A stretch of DNA of 64,000 nt from Candidatus Marinacidobacterales bacterium (GTDB taxonomy: Bacteria > Acidobacteriota > Vicinamibacteria > Marinacidobacterales > DATDRI01), in the NCBI GenBank assembly GCA_965219415.1, contig CBDCNP010000002.1, positions 4,832,001 through 4,896,000 on the forward strand, written 5' to 3'. Below are positions 31,511 to 43,600 of the stretch, piece by piece. Numbering within the stretch: the stretch's first letter is position 1; each line of letters starts with the position of its first letter. Position numbers and translations under genes: made by a program. Under the pieces are notes generated by a model that made no database searches, had not been told where the DNA came from, and worked only from the letters and a program-made list of their open reading frames with translations.

Positions 31511-32368
31511 ATGGTGTTGAAGTACACGAAACACGAAAAGATTTCCCTCAAATCCTCTCCCGAGTTCGGCGAGGCGTGGCTCCAAGAGCGAATATCAGAC
31601 GACCCTAAAATTCTACGCCTTGGAGATGTTGACCTACTTGACCGGGAGCGTAACCAGGGACCGGGGCGGCTAGACCTGCTACTCCAAGATTCGGAGTTGA
31701 ATAAGCGCTACGAAGTCGAGTTGATGTTGGGCGCGACCGACGCTAGTCACGTAATCAGAACCATCGAGTATTGGGACATCGAGAGACGGCGGTATCCGGC
31801 CTATGAGCACGTCGCGGTTTTGGTGGCAGAGGATGTAACCTCGCGCTACCTCAACGTGCTGTCTCTGTTTTCTGGCTCCATCCCTCTTGTTTGCCTTCAG
31901 ATCGTTGCGCTGAAAGTGGGCGATCAAGTTCTTTTAGAGTTCTTCAAGGTGCTGGATCAAGTTGGACTGAGAACCGATGATGAGACGGTAGAGCCACCGA
32001 CCGACCGAGTGTATTGGAATAGCAAGCGGCCCCCGGAAATCATGAAGCTTGTTGATGACGTGTGGCAAGCGATCAAACCGCTCTACAGCGAGCATCACAG
32101 TCTGAACTACAAGAAATCCTTTATCGGGCTGACCGATGGTTTTCGACCTCGTAATTCTGTCGTGTTCCGCCCAGAAAAAAGGCATTTGTGGTTTGCAGTC
32201 CGGTTGAAGCACAAAAATGCGTTTGACGATTCGTTGGCGGAAGCTGGCATCGAATCCAAGAAAGGGAAATGGCGGCTCTCGGTGAAGCTGTTACCCGATG
32301 CGTTCGATGGATCCGTGAGTGACGTCGTTCGGAAAATAGCCGAGCAAGCCATAAAGGATCATGGCTGA
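31511..32368 (+). CDS. NucS-like PD-(D/E)XK endonuclease-domain protein
   Basis: E.WLQ, GRLDLLL, YEVELMLG, IRTIEYW motifs. Confidence 0.65.
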   Translation: MVLKYTKHEKISLKSSPEFGEAWLQERISDDPKILRLGDVDLLDRERNQGPGRLDLLLQDSELNKRYEVELMLGATDASHVIRTIEYWDIERRRYPAYEHVAVLVAEDVTSRYLNVLSLFSGSIPLVCLQIVALKVGDQVLLEFFKVLDQVGLRTDDETVEPPTDRVYWNSKRPPEIMKLVDDVWQAIKPLYSEHHSLNYKKSFIGLTDGFRPRNSVVFRPEKRHLWFAVRLKHKNAFDDSLAEAGIESKKGKWRLSVKLLPDAFDGSVSDVVRKIAEQAIKDHG

Positions 32369-33487
32369 CCTAGACGAGGGCGACGTCGAGTCGTGATGAA
32401 CGAGGCGAACCGGAGAGCATGGCTTCGCGTCTCCGTAATCTCGTCGCTTCATATTTACCCATCTTTCCGCTGCTTCCGTACCGAACAAGCCTGCTTAGTT
32501 CTTCGAGGAGCGAAGCCGGTAGATTTTGCGGGGTGCGCCAGTAACCCATCACTCTAGGCAGGAGGTCTGCTGCGTCATCACGGGCCTCCCCGTCCTGTGC
32601 CAAAACTCGGCCCTTTTGAAATAGACCACAAATCAGCAGCTTAGACGCTCTTGGAATCCGCGCAGAATCCAGGGTATTTCGCGCCGCAGGGCTGACTTCC
32701 GACCCATGGGCTGGCGGATGAATAAATAGAAGGCACACGCATGAGTATTTTGACCTCACGGGTGGATCGGCAGCTGCCGCCGCGAGCTCCTTGAGCACGT
32801 CGTGGTTCTCGGTGCATGTCATCTCATCCGGCTCGTGCGAGCTTACATCAGCTACTATCACGAGGACCGTTGCCACTTGGGACTGAACAAGGATACACCG
32901 AGCTTGAGAGCGGTCACGCACCGACCGTCTCCTACGGCGAAAGTCGTCGCACTGCCGCGAGTCGGTGGACTGCACCATCGATACGAGTGGCGAGAGGCGG
33001 CCTGAGTCAGCTTGGTCGCTCGCGTTACTCGGCTGGTCGCCGAGAAGTTCGTCCTCAGCACTTTTCCTCGCGCGCTGACCACGCTCTCCAGCATGTGCTC
33101 GAGGGCGCTCCGGGCCCTAGAGTCCAGTCCCGGATTAATAATGATGATGGACAGCCGCCATAGGGTTCACGTACCAAGTCGAGTAGCCTTAGCACCGGCG
33201 AAGTTGGGTCGAGCCAGTCGTCGAAACGGTCGGGAGCGATGATTGCGGGCTGTCGATGGTGAATGTCGGCAAGCTCTGGAGAGGCCGTCGTCGTGATGAT
33301 GGTGAAGGATTCGAGGGAGTTGTTGCCCTTGCCCTGACCTTACCGTCCGGCTGCGCGCTCGAAGGTGCTTCCGCAGTCAAGTGTTGGTGGCCGCCGGGTA
33401 ACCTGTTCGTGTGCTAGAGTTACGCCTGATTTCGAGAGGCGTGGTTTTTCGTCGATGCCGACTGGGCCGAGTTTTGGCACAGGACGG

Positions 33488-33541
33488 GGTATGATGCAGC
33501 AACTCCTCACCGGCCGAGTGCGGCTGGTTCAATCGGAGTAG
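33488..33541 (+). pseudogene. hsdS: Extreme C-terminus of a type I RM specificity subunit
   Basis: Reads GMMQQLLTGRVRLVQSE*, the typical HsdS terminus; cut by an A end. Confidence 0.7.
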
Positions 33542-33543
33542 AC

Positions 33544-34026
33544 ATGGCGGTCACCTACCTGGACCAAGAAGTCGAGTCGTTGGTACAGGAGCGCAAACCC
33601 CTGCCCGCCGATTGGCATAGCCGGATTCGCCTGAAATCCAAGCGCGGACATCAAGAACAGCAACTGGATCTGACGGGTGAGGCTGGGAGCGAATTCCGCC
33701 TTATCCTCAGACAAAACAAGATCAATTTGCTCGATTTCTCAATCATCCTGGCTGTTCGAGCTCCCCAGTCGAATCAGATTTTTCGCCTCCGGCGCTACAA
33801 CGGCAGGAGCCATCAACACACCAACCACATCGAAGACGTGACGTTCTACGACTTTCACATTCACGTCGCAACGGAGCAGTATCAAGAGATCGGAACGCGA
33901 GAGGATGCTTACGCGGAGCCGACTGAGCGTTACGGAGACTTCCAGGGCGCCCTTCGCTGTCTGATCGAAGACGCGAATCTCGCTGTCCCGCCCGATCCGC
34001 AGATCGGCCTTTTCGAGGAGGTGTAA
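33544..34026 (+). CDS. Hypothetical protein, partner of the DUF1828 gene
   Basis: LRRYNG.SH.H.N..FHIH His-rich motif; 3 bp from the next gene. Confidence 0.7.
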   Translation: MAVTYLDQEVESLVQERKPLPADWHSRIRLKSKRGHQEQQLDLTGEAGSEFRLILRQNKINLLDFSIILAVRAPQSNQIFRLRRYNGRSHQHTNHIEDVTFYDFHIHVATEQYQEIGTREDAYAEPTERYGDFQGALRCLIEDANLAVPPDPQIGLFEEV

Positions 34027-34029
34027 GCG

Positions 34030-34806
34030 ATGTCCATCGAGACCATGGAGCGAGATTTTCACCAGAAGGTTTCGGCAAAGGTTCGGCTGGCAACCGAGGG
34101 TATGGAACGCTTTCGCGTGTTTACGCCGTTTCTGTTCGACGACGGCGACCACCTTGTCATTGTTCTGAAGAAGGAAGGAGCACGGTGGGTGCTGTCCGAT
34201 GAGGCACACACGTACATGCACCTCACTTATGACATCGATGAGAAGGATCTTCATGGCGGAACGCGCCAGAAGATCATCTCGAACGCGCTTTCCACATTCC
34301 GAATCGAGGACCGCGATGGCGAGTTAGTGCTCGACGTGCCGGACGAGCGTTACGGTGACGCACTGTTTTCCTTTGTGCAGGCGCTGCTCAAGATCTCCGA
34401 CGTGTCGTACCTGTCGCGGGAACGGGTTCGGTCCACTTTCATGGACGATTTTCGGACGCTGTTGAGTGAAGCTGTCCCAGAAGAGCGCAGGAGCTTCGAC
34501 TGGAGCCATCCCGAACATGACCCCCGTGGGATGTACACCGTGGATTGCCGAATCAACGGCGTGTCCCGACCGCTTTTTGTTCACGCTCTTACCGGCGACG
34601 GCGGGACCCGCGATGCCACGATCGCGCTGCTTCAGTTCGAGAAGTGGGGGATTCGGTTCCGTTCACTGGCCATCTTCGAGGATCAGGAGTCGATCAATCG
34701 CAAGGTGTTGGCGCGCCTGAGCGACGTTTGCGAGAAGCAGTTCTCAAGCCTCACCGCAAACCGCGAGAGGATCGTGCACTTCCTGAATGAGAGCATCTCA
34801 GTATGA
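34030..34806 (+). CDS. DUF1828-domain protein
   Basis: TPFLFDDGDHL..LSDE..T motif; degenerate nuclease-like C-terminus. Confidence 0.7.
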   Translation: MSIETMERDFHQKVSAKVRLATEGMERFRVFTPFLFDDGDHLVIVLKKEGARWVLSDEAHTYMHLTYDIDEKDLHGGTRQKIISNALSTFRIEDRDGELVLDVPDERYGDALFSFVQALLKISDVSYLSRERVRSTFMDDFRTLLSEAVPEERRSFDWSHPEHDPRGMYTVDCRINGVSRPLFVHALTGDGGTRDATIALLQFEKWGIRFRSLAIFEDQESINRKVLARLSDVCEKQFSSLTANRERIVHFLNESISV

Positions 34807-35387
34807 AATGGCGGAAGCACCGCACAGGACGACGTCGTCTACCATCGTCACGAGAGGAATCATCAAGGCAAGGAGAATCTGCTGCTGTTCCCAGCCAACG
34901 ACCAGTTACCTCAGTCCGACCGCAAGGTACGCTCCCGTGAACGGCTTGGCGGGTTGCTACGTTTCTACCGTTGGGAAGCCGCATGAGTAGTTTGACCTCA
35001 CGGGTTCCCCCGCTGATGCCCAGGGTGCCGATCTTGCTAATGATAAGGACACGCAACCGACGATTCTAGCTTCCAGTGGCGAACCAAGCGTAGACACGTC
35101 TAATCCGAAACGTCCCGGCGCGCGGGTCTTTGGTTCGTTTGTATTTTTGGACACGACGGGTACGCGCAGGGAAAAAGGACCGGTCGGCAGGAGTCAATCA
35201 GGGCGCCACGCATCCGGCTTAGACTTGCTCATAACAGAAACGACCTGAGAGACGAGCAACGAAGACGAAGAGTCGAGACCAAGGGAGGCAGAGTTGCTCC
35301 TCCCTGGCAAGAGCACTTGTTCCATGTTGATTTCCACGTCCACCTAGGTGAAATTGGAGGTGGGCATCGTTGGCCCGCTAGACGCTC

Positions 35388-35924
35388 ATGGTATCCCCGG
35401 ACCTGCAAGGCGCGAAGATAACTGGTATCTTTCCTGTCGCCGTCGGTAAGATTCTCTTGAGACCGTTCACACTTGCCGACCGCAGCGCCAAAAGTCGGCT
35501 AGACGCCGATCCAGATGTGATGAAGCACCTTGGCCAGGCCTCGTGCCTCGAGGTTGACATTACAGAGTTCCAACGGCAGGGGTACGGTCTCGTAGCAATC
35601 GAGGATAACGAAACCACAACGGTGGTCGGCTACGCGAAGCTCGAGTGTCCGAAGTGGGAGGAGAACCTAGGTCTGGAACTTGTCATCGCTATTGCGCCCG
35701 AAGTGCGCCGAAGAGGGATCGCACTAGAGGCGGCCCGAAAGCTCATCGCGATCGCGTGCGGACCACTTAAGCAGAGACAGGTCGTAGGTCGCGTCGCGCT
35801 CCGGAACAAAGCCAGTCGGTACCTCGTGACCAAGCTCGGCATGACGAGAGTGGGGCAGAGAGAAGATCATTTTGACGACGTACAACATATCTACGTGGTG
35901 TCATGCGGGCAGCAAGCCGTATAG
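35388..35924 (+). CDS. GNAT N-acetyltransferase (RimJ/RimL-like)
   Basis: LRPF..D..DPDVMK, RRRGIALEAA, N.AS..L..KLGM motifs. Confidence 0.8.
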   Translation: MVSPDLQGAKITGIFPVAVGKILLRPFTLADRSAKSRLDADPDVMKHLGQASCLEVDITEFQRQGYGLVAIEDNETTTVVGYAKLECPKWEENLGLELVIAIAPEVRRRGIALEAARKLIAIACGPLKQRQVVGRVALRNKASRYLVTKLGMTRVGQREDHFDDVQHIYVVSCGQQAV

Positions 35925-37493
35925 GAATGTGAGGAAGCTATCACCGGAGCTGCGAACAAGGATGCGAGGAAGATGCTTTCGATGAAGCGAGCAAGTGAGG
36001 TGATAGCTGCGGTGAGAATCAGCGAGAAGGACCAACAGGACCTAGCCAGACTGCGGGCGATTCAGAAGGAGAAACGGCGCAAAGCTCAAAGAAAACGAAG
36101 GGCTGCTCAGAGTAAGACTTTGATATAGACCATAAATCAGCAGCTTAGATGCTTGCCTGCATGTGCGTTTGCCAACAGACCCTTTCTACTATCGCCGTGG
36201 GCAAGCTCTTGCGGTGGTTGCGCTTGTCGGTGTTGGGTTGGGCAGAGGAAGCGAAGCGATCGGAGTCCAACCCCGTCGGTGCTTCCGCAATCGAGTGTTG
36301 GTGGCTGCCGCGTAACCCGCTCGTGTGCTAGAGTTTGAGCCTGATTTCGAGAGACGCAGTTCTTTCGGCGATACGGGTTGGGCTGACCACACGGTGCGTG
36401 ACGTTCAGGGACACGTCCTGTCCAAAAACACAAACGCGTTGCCAAGCCCTTGATGGTTGCACTCTCCATCATAATGATAGATGAACTCGGCGCCGGCCCG
36501 GCGCGGGTCTTAGAGTTCGTTTGTATTTTTGGACACGACGGGCTTCCCGATGGTAGAAACGTAGCAACCCGCCAAGCCATTCACGGGAGCGCACCTTGCG
36601 CTCGGACTGAGGTAACTACTCGTTGCGCAGGAGCAACTCCTCGTCCACGGACCCTGAGATGTGGCTCACCATGGTATTCCAGTCCATCGCGACCCATTCC
36701 GCTGAACTGGGATACGTATCCGACCGCGATGGCGGATTCAAGCGATCTTTGGAAAGATGCAAACTGTTGACCCGCTGGGCGTTCGAATATTTTGACCAGA
36801 CGCGGTCACGCACCGACCGTCTCCTACGGCGAAAGTCGTTGCACTGCCGCGAGTCGGTGGATTGCACCATCGATACGAGTGGCGAGAGGCAGCCTGAGTC
36901 AGCTTGGTCGCTCGCGTTACTCGGCTGGTCGCCGAGAAGTTCGTCCTCAGCACCTTCCCTCGCGCGCTGACCACGCTCTCCAGCATGTGCTTGAGGGCAG
37001 TCCGGGCCTAGAGTCCAGTCCCGGACAAATAATGATGATGGACAGGTCATGATTCTGGAAAATGACACTCAAGAAGTGGCCTGACTCCACCAGATTTATG
37101 GATTGCCCATCGGTTATACCAAGCGGTTATATTCGACGGCTCCGTACCCAGTGGACTATTCTCGAGGGCAATGAAATATCTCGGATTTGCCGCCGCCTTG
37201 ATTCTGCTGCTTGTGCACATCTGGTTCTGGGATGCTTCGCCGCCGACGGTCAACTGGAGCGGTCCGGTGTTTTTCGGAGAAGGCTCTGAGCTGGCGCTTA
37301 CCGTGCATGACGAGGGGAGAGGACTGCGTAGCATCTCGGTCGAGGTGAGGCAGCATGGAAACCTCGAGACTGTTTTCTCCCGTGCGTACCCCACGAGCAT
37401 CCAACTTGTCATTGCAGTCAGTGAGTACGACACTCGAAACAGCGGTAGACTGCGGGTTGTATTTAACGGTTAGGCTGAGGGGGGAATCCATCA

Positions 37494-38861
37494 ATGGCGG
37501 AGTCTGTACCTTGCACGCCAGGAGGTCCTGGGGTCAGTATTTTGGAGTTTTGCTTCCAGGCAGACCCAATATTGGAGGGTGCAGTACTCGTCCTTGTTCC
37601 AATCTACGGATTCTTCCTGGTTGCCCTCACCGGGAAAAAATGGCGCGCTCTTATCCGAAACTGGCTCTACGATTCAACATGGAGCCGCGCCTATGCCGGT
37701 CTTCTTGAAGACCTCCTCGCCAAGCTCGATCGTTTCTTCGGCCCTCCGCGCGGCTGGCGCGCCTTCGAACTGTGCTTCGCCTTGGCGATGCTGTACGCCA
37801 TCGCATATCTGTTACTGCAGTACGTCTTGCGGCAAGCCGATCCAATACTGGTGCTCCCGATCGTCGCGATGGCGTGCACGGGTGTCGTCCTCGTTTTTCT
37901 CTTCATTCGGGTGAGGCAGCGGTGCGTGGCAGCGCGCCAAAGAGCGGCGTGGCGCCAGCGTCTCTGGTCACATCTAACAGAGCAAGGTACATACTGTGTT
38001 CTGGCTGTGTGCACGTACTTCGCCGCAAGCGTAGTCACAGATTTGGTCGTCGTGTTCGTCTTCACCAAAGGCGGAATACCAACATCCATAGTCGCAGTCG
38101 GAGTCATAGTAGGAGTCGTAGTCGCAGCCGCAGGTGCAAGCGCAGGTGCAGGTACATTTTCAGGCGTAGCCGCAGTCGCATTCGCACACATAGTTGACTT
38201 AGCCTCACCTGCAGGCATACCAATAAACGGAGACGCAGTCGAATTCGCAGTCGTGGTCTCTGTTCTGATTTTCGGTATCCCGCTACTCAACGCTCTGTTC
38301 GACTGGCCGTCCTGGTGGGTGAGCCGGTGGTTGATGGTTCGGCTGCGTGAGGATGCCTTGCGACGAGGAGTGTTCCGTCGCCTTGGTGCGGTTCTGGCGC
38401 ATATCGCGGCCGATTTCGTCCTAGCGCTCGCCTGCCTGTTCGGGCTCGCCATTGTCATTGCCAACATCGCGTTCGGCGTGGGCCTTCCCACGGTGTGGGA
38501 GGACGTGTACGGGGCCGCCAAATCGGCACCGTTCTCAGGGTATGGCTCTGCCATGACCGTCATGCTCGTGTCCACCCTTATCCCCACCGCCATACACTTG
38601 TTCTTCGCTGTCTTCGCGCTGGCCGTTCTGCGCCCGCCTTTCGCGACCCGCACGGCATTCTGGATGAAGGAAGACCAATTCGGCCGTGAGAAGGGCACAC
38701 AGGCGCTCGTAGCGCTTTATCTCACCGCCTGTGTCGGCTTCGCGCTACTGGTGCTGTGGGGGGCTGGGCGGCTGACCATCATGGGGTTGAACGGGTTCGT
38801 GGGCAGGGCCGGCATCTGGCGCTTGATCTTCGAGAGCGCGGACCGGTTCGTGATCTTCTGA
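37494..38861 (+). CDS. Polytopic membrane protein of unknown function
   Basis: 455 aa with multiple hydrophobic segments and an Ala/Gly/Val-rich middle. Confidence 0.65.
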   Translation: MAESVPCTPGGPGVSILEFCFQADPILEGAVLVLVPIYGFFLVALTGKKWRALIRNWLYDSTWSRAYAGLLEDLLAKLDRFFGPPRGWRAFELCFALAMLYAIAYLLLQYVLRQADPILVLPIVAMACTGVVLVFLFIRVRQRCVAARQRAAWRQRLWSHLTEQGTYCVLAVCTYFAASVVTDLVVVFVFTKGGIPTSIVAVGVIVGVVVAAAGASAGAGTFSGVAAVAFAHIVDLASPAGIPINGDAVEFAVVVSVLIFGIPLLNALFDWPSWWVSRWLMVRLREDALRRGVFRRLGAVLAHIAADFVLALACLFGLAIVIANIAFGVGLPTVWEDVYGAAKSAPFSGYGSAMTVMLVSTLIPTAIHLFFAVFALAVLRPPFATRTAFWMKEDQFGREKGTQALVALYLTACVGFALLVLWGAGRLTIMGLNGFVGRAGIWRLIFESADRFVIF

Positions 38862-38881
38862 CCGCGTTGTCCGCGAGTGGC

Positions 38882-39103
38882 TGTGCCTTCTATTTATTTA
38901 TCCGCGCGCACCAAACTTGAATAATCTCCTGTCTGCCAGCACCATGCCGGCATGATTTCGTCGTTGGTTCCCGCTCTCATCTCCGCCTTCAAGGCTCGTC
39001 GCGAGCTGGCTCTCGAGAATGTCGCTCTTCGGCAGCAGCTCGCCGTCCTCCGCCGTTCCGTGAAACGGCCACGGCTCTCGAATGTCGACCGCGTGTTTTG
39101 GGT
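38882..39103 (+). mobile_element. 5' remnant of a fourth rve element ('D'), the probable source of the MITE B left end
   Basis: TGTGCCTTCTATTTATT end followed by MISSLV..RELALENVALRQQLAVLRR..DRVFWV; interrupted by rve-C. Confidence 0.7.
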
Positions 39104-40370
39104 TGTCCATCATCATTATTAATTCGGGACCGCCCTCGAGCACATGCTGGAGCGCGTGGTCAGCGCGCGAGGGAAGGTGCTGAGGACGAACTTCTCGGCG
39201 ACCAGCCGAGTAACGCGAGCGACCAAGCTGACTCAGGCTGCCTCTCGCCACTCGTATCGATGGTGCAGTCCACCGACTCGCGGCAGTACGACGACTTTCG
39301 CCGTATGAGACGGTCGGTGCGTGACCGCTCTCAAGCTCGGTGTGTCCTTGTTCAGCCCCAAGTGGCAACGGTCCTCGTGATAGTAGCTGATGTAAGCTCG
39401 CACGAGCCGGATGAGATGACATGCGCCGAGAACCACGACGTGCTCAAAGAGCTCGCGACGGCAGCTGCCGACCCACCGCTCCGCGGTTCCGTTTTGCCAT
39501 GGGCTGCGAAACGAAGTGCGAACGGGTTTTGTGCCCGTTGCCTTGATGAACTCGATGACCGCAGCGTTAAAGATGAAGTCGCGATCGAAGATGAGATATT
39601 TCGGAGCGGTGTCGTAGGGAAACGCCTCACGCAGTTGCTGAATAACCCAAGCAGACGTCGGGTGGAACGTGGCGTTGAAGTGAACGATGTGCCGACGGCC
39701 GTGCTCGATGACAAAGAAGCCGTACAGCAGCCGGAGCGAAGCGGTGGGCACGGTGAACAGATCCATGGCGGCGATATCGTCTTTATGGTTGCGCAAGAAA
39801 GCCATCCATCGCTTCAGCTGGTCGGGCTCCGCAGGATGCCGCGGTAGGTATCGCGACACCGTAATCTCGGAGATGATGAAACCGAGCTTGGTGAGCTCAG
39901 CATGGATGCGTGGCGCCCCCCAGCCGTCTTGCGCCATCGTGCGGACGAGGCGGCGAATCTCGGCATCAATCCGAGGCCGACCGGGATGGCGGCGCTGCGA
40001 GATCTTTGCCCAGTACCGTCGGAATCGGTCGCGATGCCAACGGGCCACGGTGTCCGCGTGGACGATGAGCAGGCGGCTCGCCCACACGGGCCACGAACCT
40101 CGAAGAGCAACCCAGAAAGCCCGTTCCGTGTCTTCGAGTGGTGGGCGTGGGCGCTCTTTCTTCAGCGCCGTCACTTGCTGCCGCAAAGCGACGTTCTCCA
40201 ACACCAGGTCGGCGCGGCGCCGACACATCGCCCGAATGACACGGACGCCAAGTGAGACGAGGAAGACAACAACGTCGAGCATAGCGGTGGAGTTTCGCCG
40301 TCTTCGGCCCGGAATTCAAGCGGAGCGTAAGCCCTTGATTTCGTGGGCGGAGCAGTTTTGACGATGCACA
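39104..40370 (-). mobile_element. rve 'element C' copy 2; transposase at 39233-40282
   Basis: Near-identical to 29719-31003. Confidence 0.88.
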
Positions 40371-40672
40371 GTCTCTGAACGTCAGGCACCGTGTGGTCAG
40401 CCCAGCCCGCATCGCCGAAAGAACTGCGTCTCTCGAAATCAGGCTCAAACTCTAGCACACGAGCGGGTTACGTGGCAGCCACCAACACTTGATGGCGGAA
40501 GCACCCTTAATTGCGGAAGCACCGCACTTTCGGGGTGTTGGACGTGGTAGACTCCTGCCCTCCAGAGGCCAAAGCGCCCAGTCCACCGCCAGGATAAACC
40601 AACGGAGACCAATTTTTGATGTCGGATCCGACCCACTCCCGGTTGTTCGTTGCGGGAGCTAAGGAGAGAACC

Positions 40673-43600
40673 ATGAGACAGGTAACGTATCGAGTGCCCC
40701 GAGGGGCCACGTTGTTGGTCGCTATAGTCCTTCTGGCAGTGTCGGGTGCCGCCGTGCCGGTGTTGCAGACGGCGCCGCAAGATTCACTTACCGGCCTTGA
40801 GGGGATCTTTTCGACGGGACCGGTCCTGCAGGATCGGAATGGCGATGAGTTGGTCGACTTCGTGGAGGCGGCCATCGTTTTGGGCGAGGCGCCGACGGCT
40901 CAGGAAGTCGCCGCTGCGGCCGATATCGCGGCTCGACTGGGCCACGAAACCATGGCCATGGACGTGCCGGTGGCTTCGGAGCCCGGGGCTGCCGCCACCG
41001 GGATCCTGATTGGTAACGGGGCCGTGGCACGGGCTGGCCTCCGAGCCACCGAGGCCGGGGTTCAGGGCCTTTCGCCCGGCGAAGGCGTGGTCCGGATGGT
41101 CTCTGGAAGCGGGCGCAGCTGGGTCGTGGTGGCGGGCGCCGACGATGCCGGCACCCGGGCGGCGGCCGACGCGTTCGCACAACGCTTGCCCCATGTGTGG
41201 GATCCAAAGGGCCCGGAGCTGAAGGATGTGGCTCAGGACGTGGAGGCGTTTCTGGCCGAGCAAGGGGTTCGAGCGCAGAGCTCCGAGGTGGCCGGTCTTC
41301 GGGTGAAAGCCGGCGAGCAGGGTTTTCGGCTTCTGGTGGTGGAGGTGGAGCTGGGCTCGGCTTCTGACCTCAACCGCGCTCGCGGAGCGCTGGAGGAGCT
41401 GGTCCGGTCGCGTCGTGGCGTGGCAAGCGGCGCCGAGGCACCTCTCTCCTACCCGGGTGCCCACATGCTTCGTGTCGCGCTGTCGGCACAGGGGGCCGAC
41501 GCGGCGGAGGTGGAAGTGCCAAAGGTGGATTCTGTCCCCAAGGAGGGGCCCATCCCTCCACGGCCGGGCTCGAAGGCAAAGCAACAGCTGGATCTTTCTA
41601 GTGTCTACACCAACGAAGGCTTCTTCGGGGATTCGGACGAGAACCTGATCCCCGACCGGATCGACGTGCTCCTCAGTCCCTCGGGCCAAGGGATCGAGGG
41701 GACGGTGGATCTTGCCGCCCGCATCGGGCTGGAGTCTGCTGGCGTTCAGATCCCCGTGGCCCAGGTGCCGGAGGCCATCGAGGATCCGGAAGCGGCGCCG
41801 ACGCTGGTGCTCATCGGGACCGACCATCCCCTGGTGCAGCAACTGGTGCAAGAGGGGAAGCTGCAGCTACCTCCCCTGGAGGCCGGCCAGGGTCTCATCC
41901 AAGTGGTGCCCAAGGCATTCGGGGATAAGAGTGCGGTCGTGGTAACCGGGGGTGACGGGGCCGGTGTGGCCCGAGCGCTCCGGCAAGTTGCCGAGCGGTT
42001 CCCCAACGTCTGGGAGCGCGGCAAGGACCGCACCACCATCGAGGGCGTCGAGGAGAACGTGTACCGGTTCCTTTCGGGTCGCTCCCCCGCCGGGCAGGCG
42101 GCCACCGCCCTGTACAAGCTGGATAGCCTTGTGCAGGAGCTGTCGGGAAAGGACGTGGAGTCCGCACACGTTCTGGTTTCGGTGGAGAAGCCGGCGGACG
42201 GACTGGAGGGAATCGTGCGGCAACATGCCCAAGCCCTGGGTGCCGGCTCCCTCGAGGTGACCGTCGATAACCGGGACGTAGAGAACGCCGCGATCATCTA
42301 CGAGGAGGAGTTCGAGGTTGCCTCGGAGGTTGCGGAGTTCTGGGGGATCTTTCGTTCGGAGGTTGTGCCGGAAGTCCGGAGTGGGCAGCCGGTGGTGGTG
42401 GAGTTGCGACTGAGCGAGCCGCCGGAAGTCCGGACGGAGATCGAACGAAAGGCAATGGCGGAGCTGATCACCGCGGGTGCGGCGGAATCGGGCACCCAGG
42501 TGAGAGTGCTCTCGGCCTACAAACAAGGCTACAGCTGGCTGCACGACGTAGTGGGCCCGGAGCTCAAGGGCCAGAAGGTGGGTAAGCTAACCATCCGCTT
42601 TGCTGAGAACGGCCCGCCGCCGGAGTGGAAGCAGCAGGCCATGTACGCCAAGAGTCGCTGGCTGATGGAGACCTACCCCATCGACGAGGTGCTGGCTCGG
42701 GAGCTGGGCCTCGAGCTGGATCAGATCGGCTTCGAGATGATGCCGATCGGTGCACCGACCTACGAGGCCATCGCCACTGCCCCCGACGGCAGCGAGCTGC
42801 TCCGGCAAACCTTCGAGCCCAAGTACGTGTTGAGGTCGTATTTCGATCCCCTTCCCGATTACGAGAAGGTCCGGGTGACCACCGGATGGCTTACCGCCCG
42901 GGTGGGTGGCGATACGGTAGTGGACCGGAGGATCATCACCGACGTCGAGCGCTTCTGGGACCACTACCAGGAAAAGATCCTGCAAAGGGTCTACGACTAC
43001 GTGATGGAGCTTACCGAGGGCAACCCCCGGTCCGAGGACGCGCCCCATTTCGGGAAAATCGTCGTGGAGTTGACCCTCAGCGAGCCCAATTACTTGGTGG
43101 GCGTCGACAGGGAGATCATCGCTTCCATGGAGTCCGTCCACGAGGATCTATACTTCACCACCCTGCATTTCTTCGATGTGTTGGGCCAATACGCCCGGGG
43201 CGAAGGCCTGGACTTTCCGGGCCGGGTGATCCCCATTATGCGTCCCAAGGGAGACGGCAAGGCGGGGCGGGCGAAGATCACTTTCACCGGCTTCGCCTCC
43301 CCACGTCCGGCCGTGGTGGTGAAGTATACCGAGCGGGGAGGCGGGGAAGGCAAGGTGCGCCGGGACATCCGGCGAGTAGATCTGGAGCGCCCCCAGGCCC
43401 TGGCGGCAACCGTGCGGGACGGCCGGGACGGGATCGAGCGCCTGGAGCTGCGGGTGAAGGTCGACACCGAGATGGACCAGCGGGCCGAGCTCCTGAAGCG
43501 AGCCCGTGTCGAGGAAGTGGACCGGCGGATCATGTCCGCCCAGCAAGTCACCGCCCTGGTGGATAACCTCTCCCGGCTGCAGCAGGCAGGTCTGTACCGT

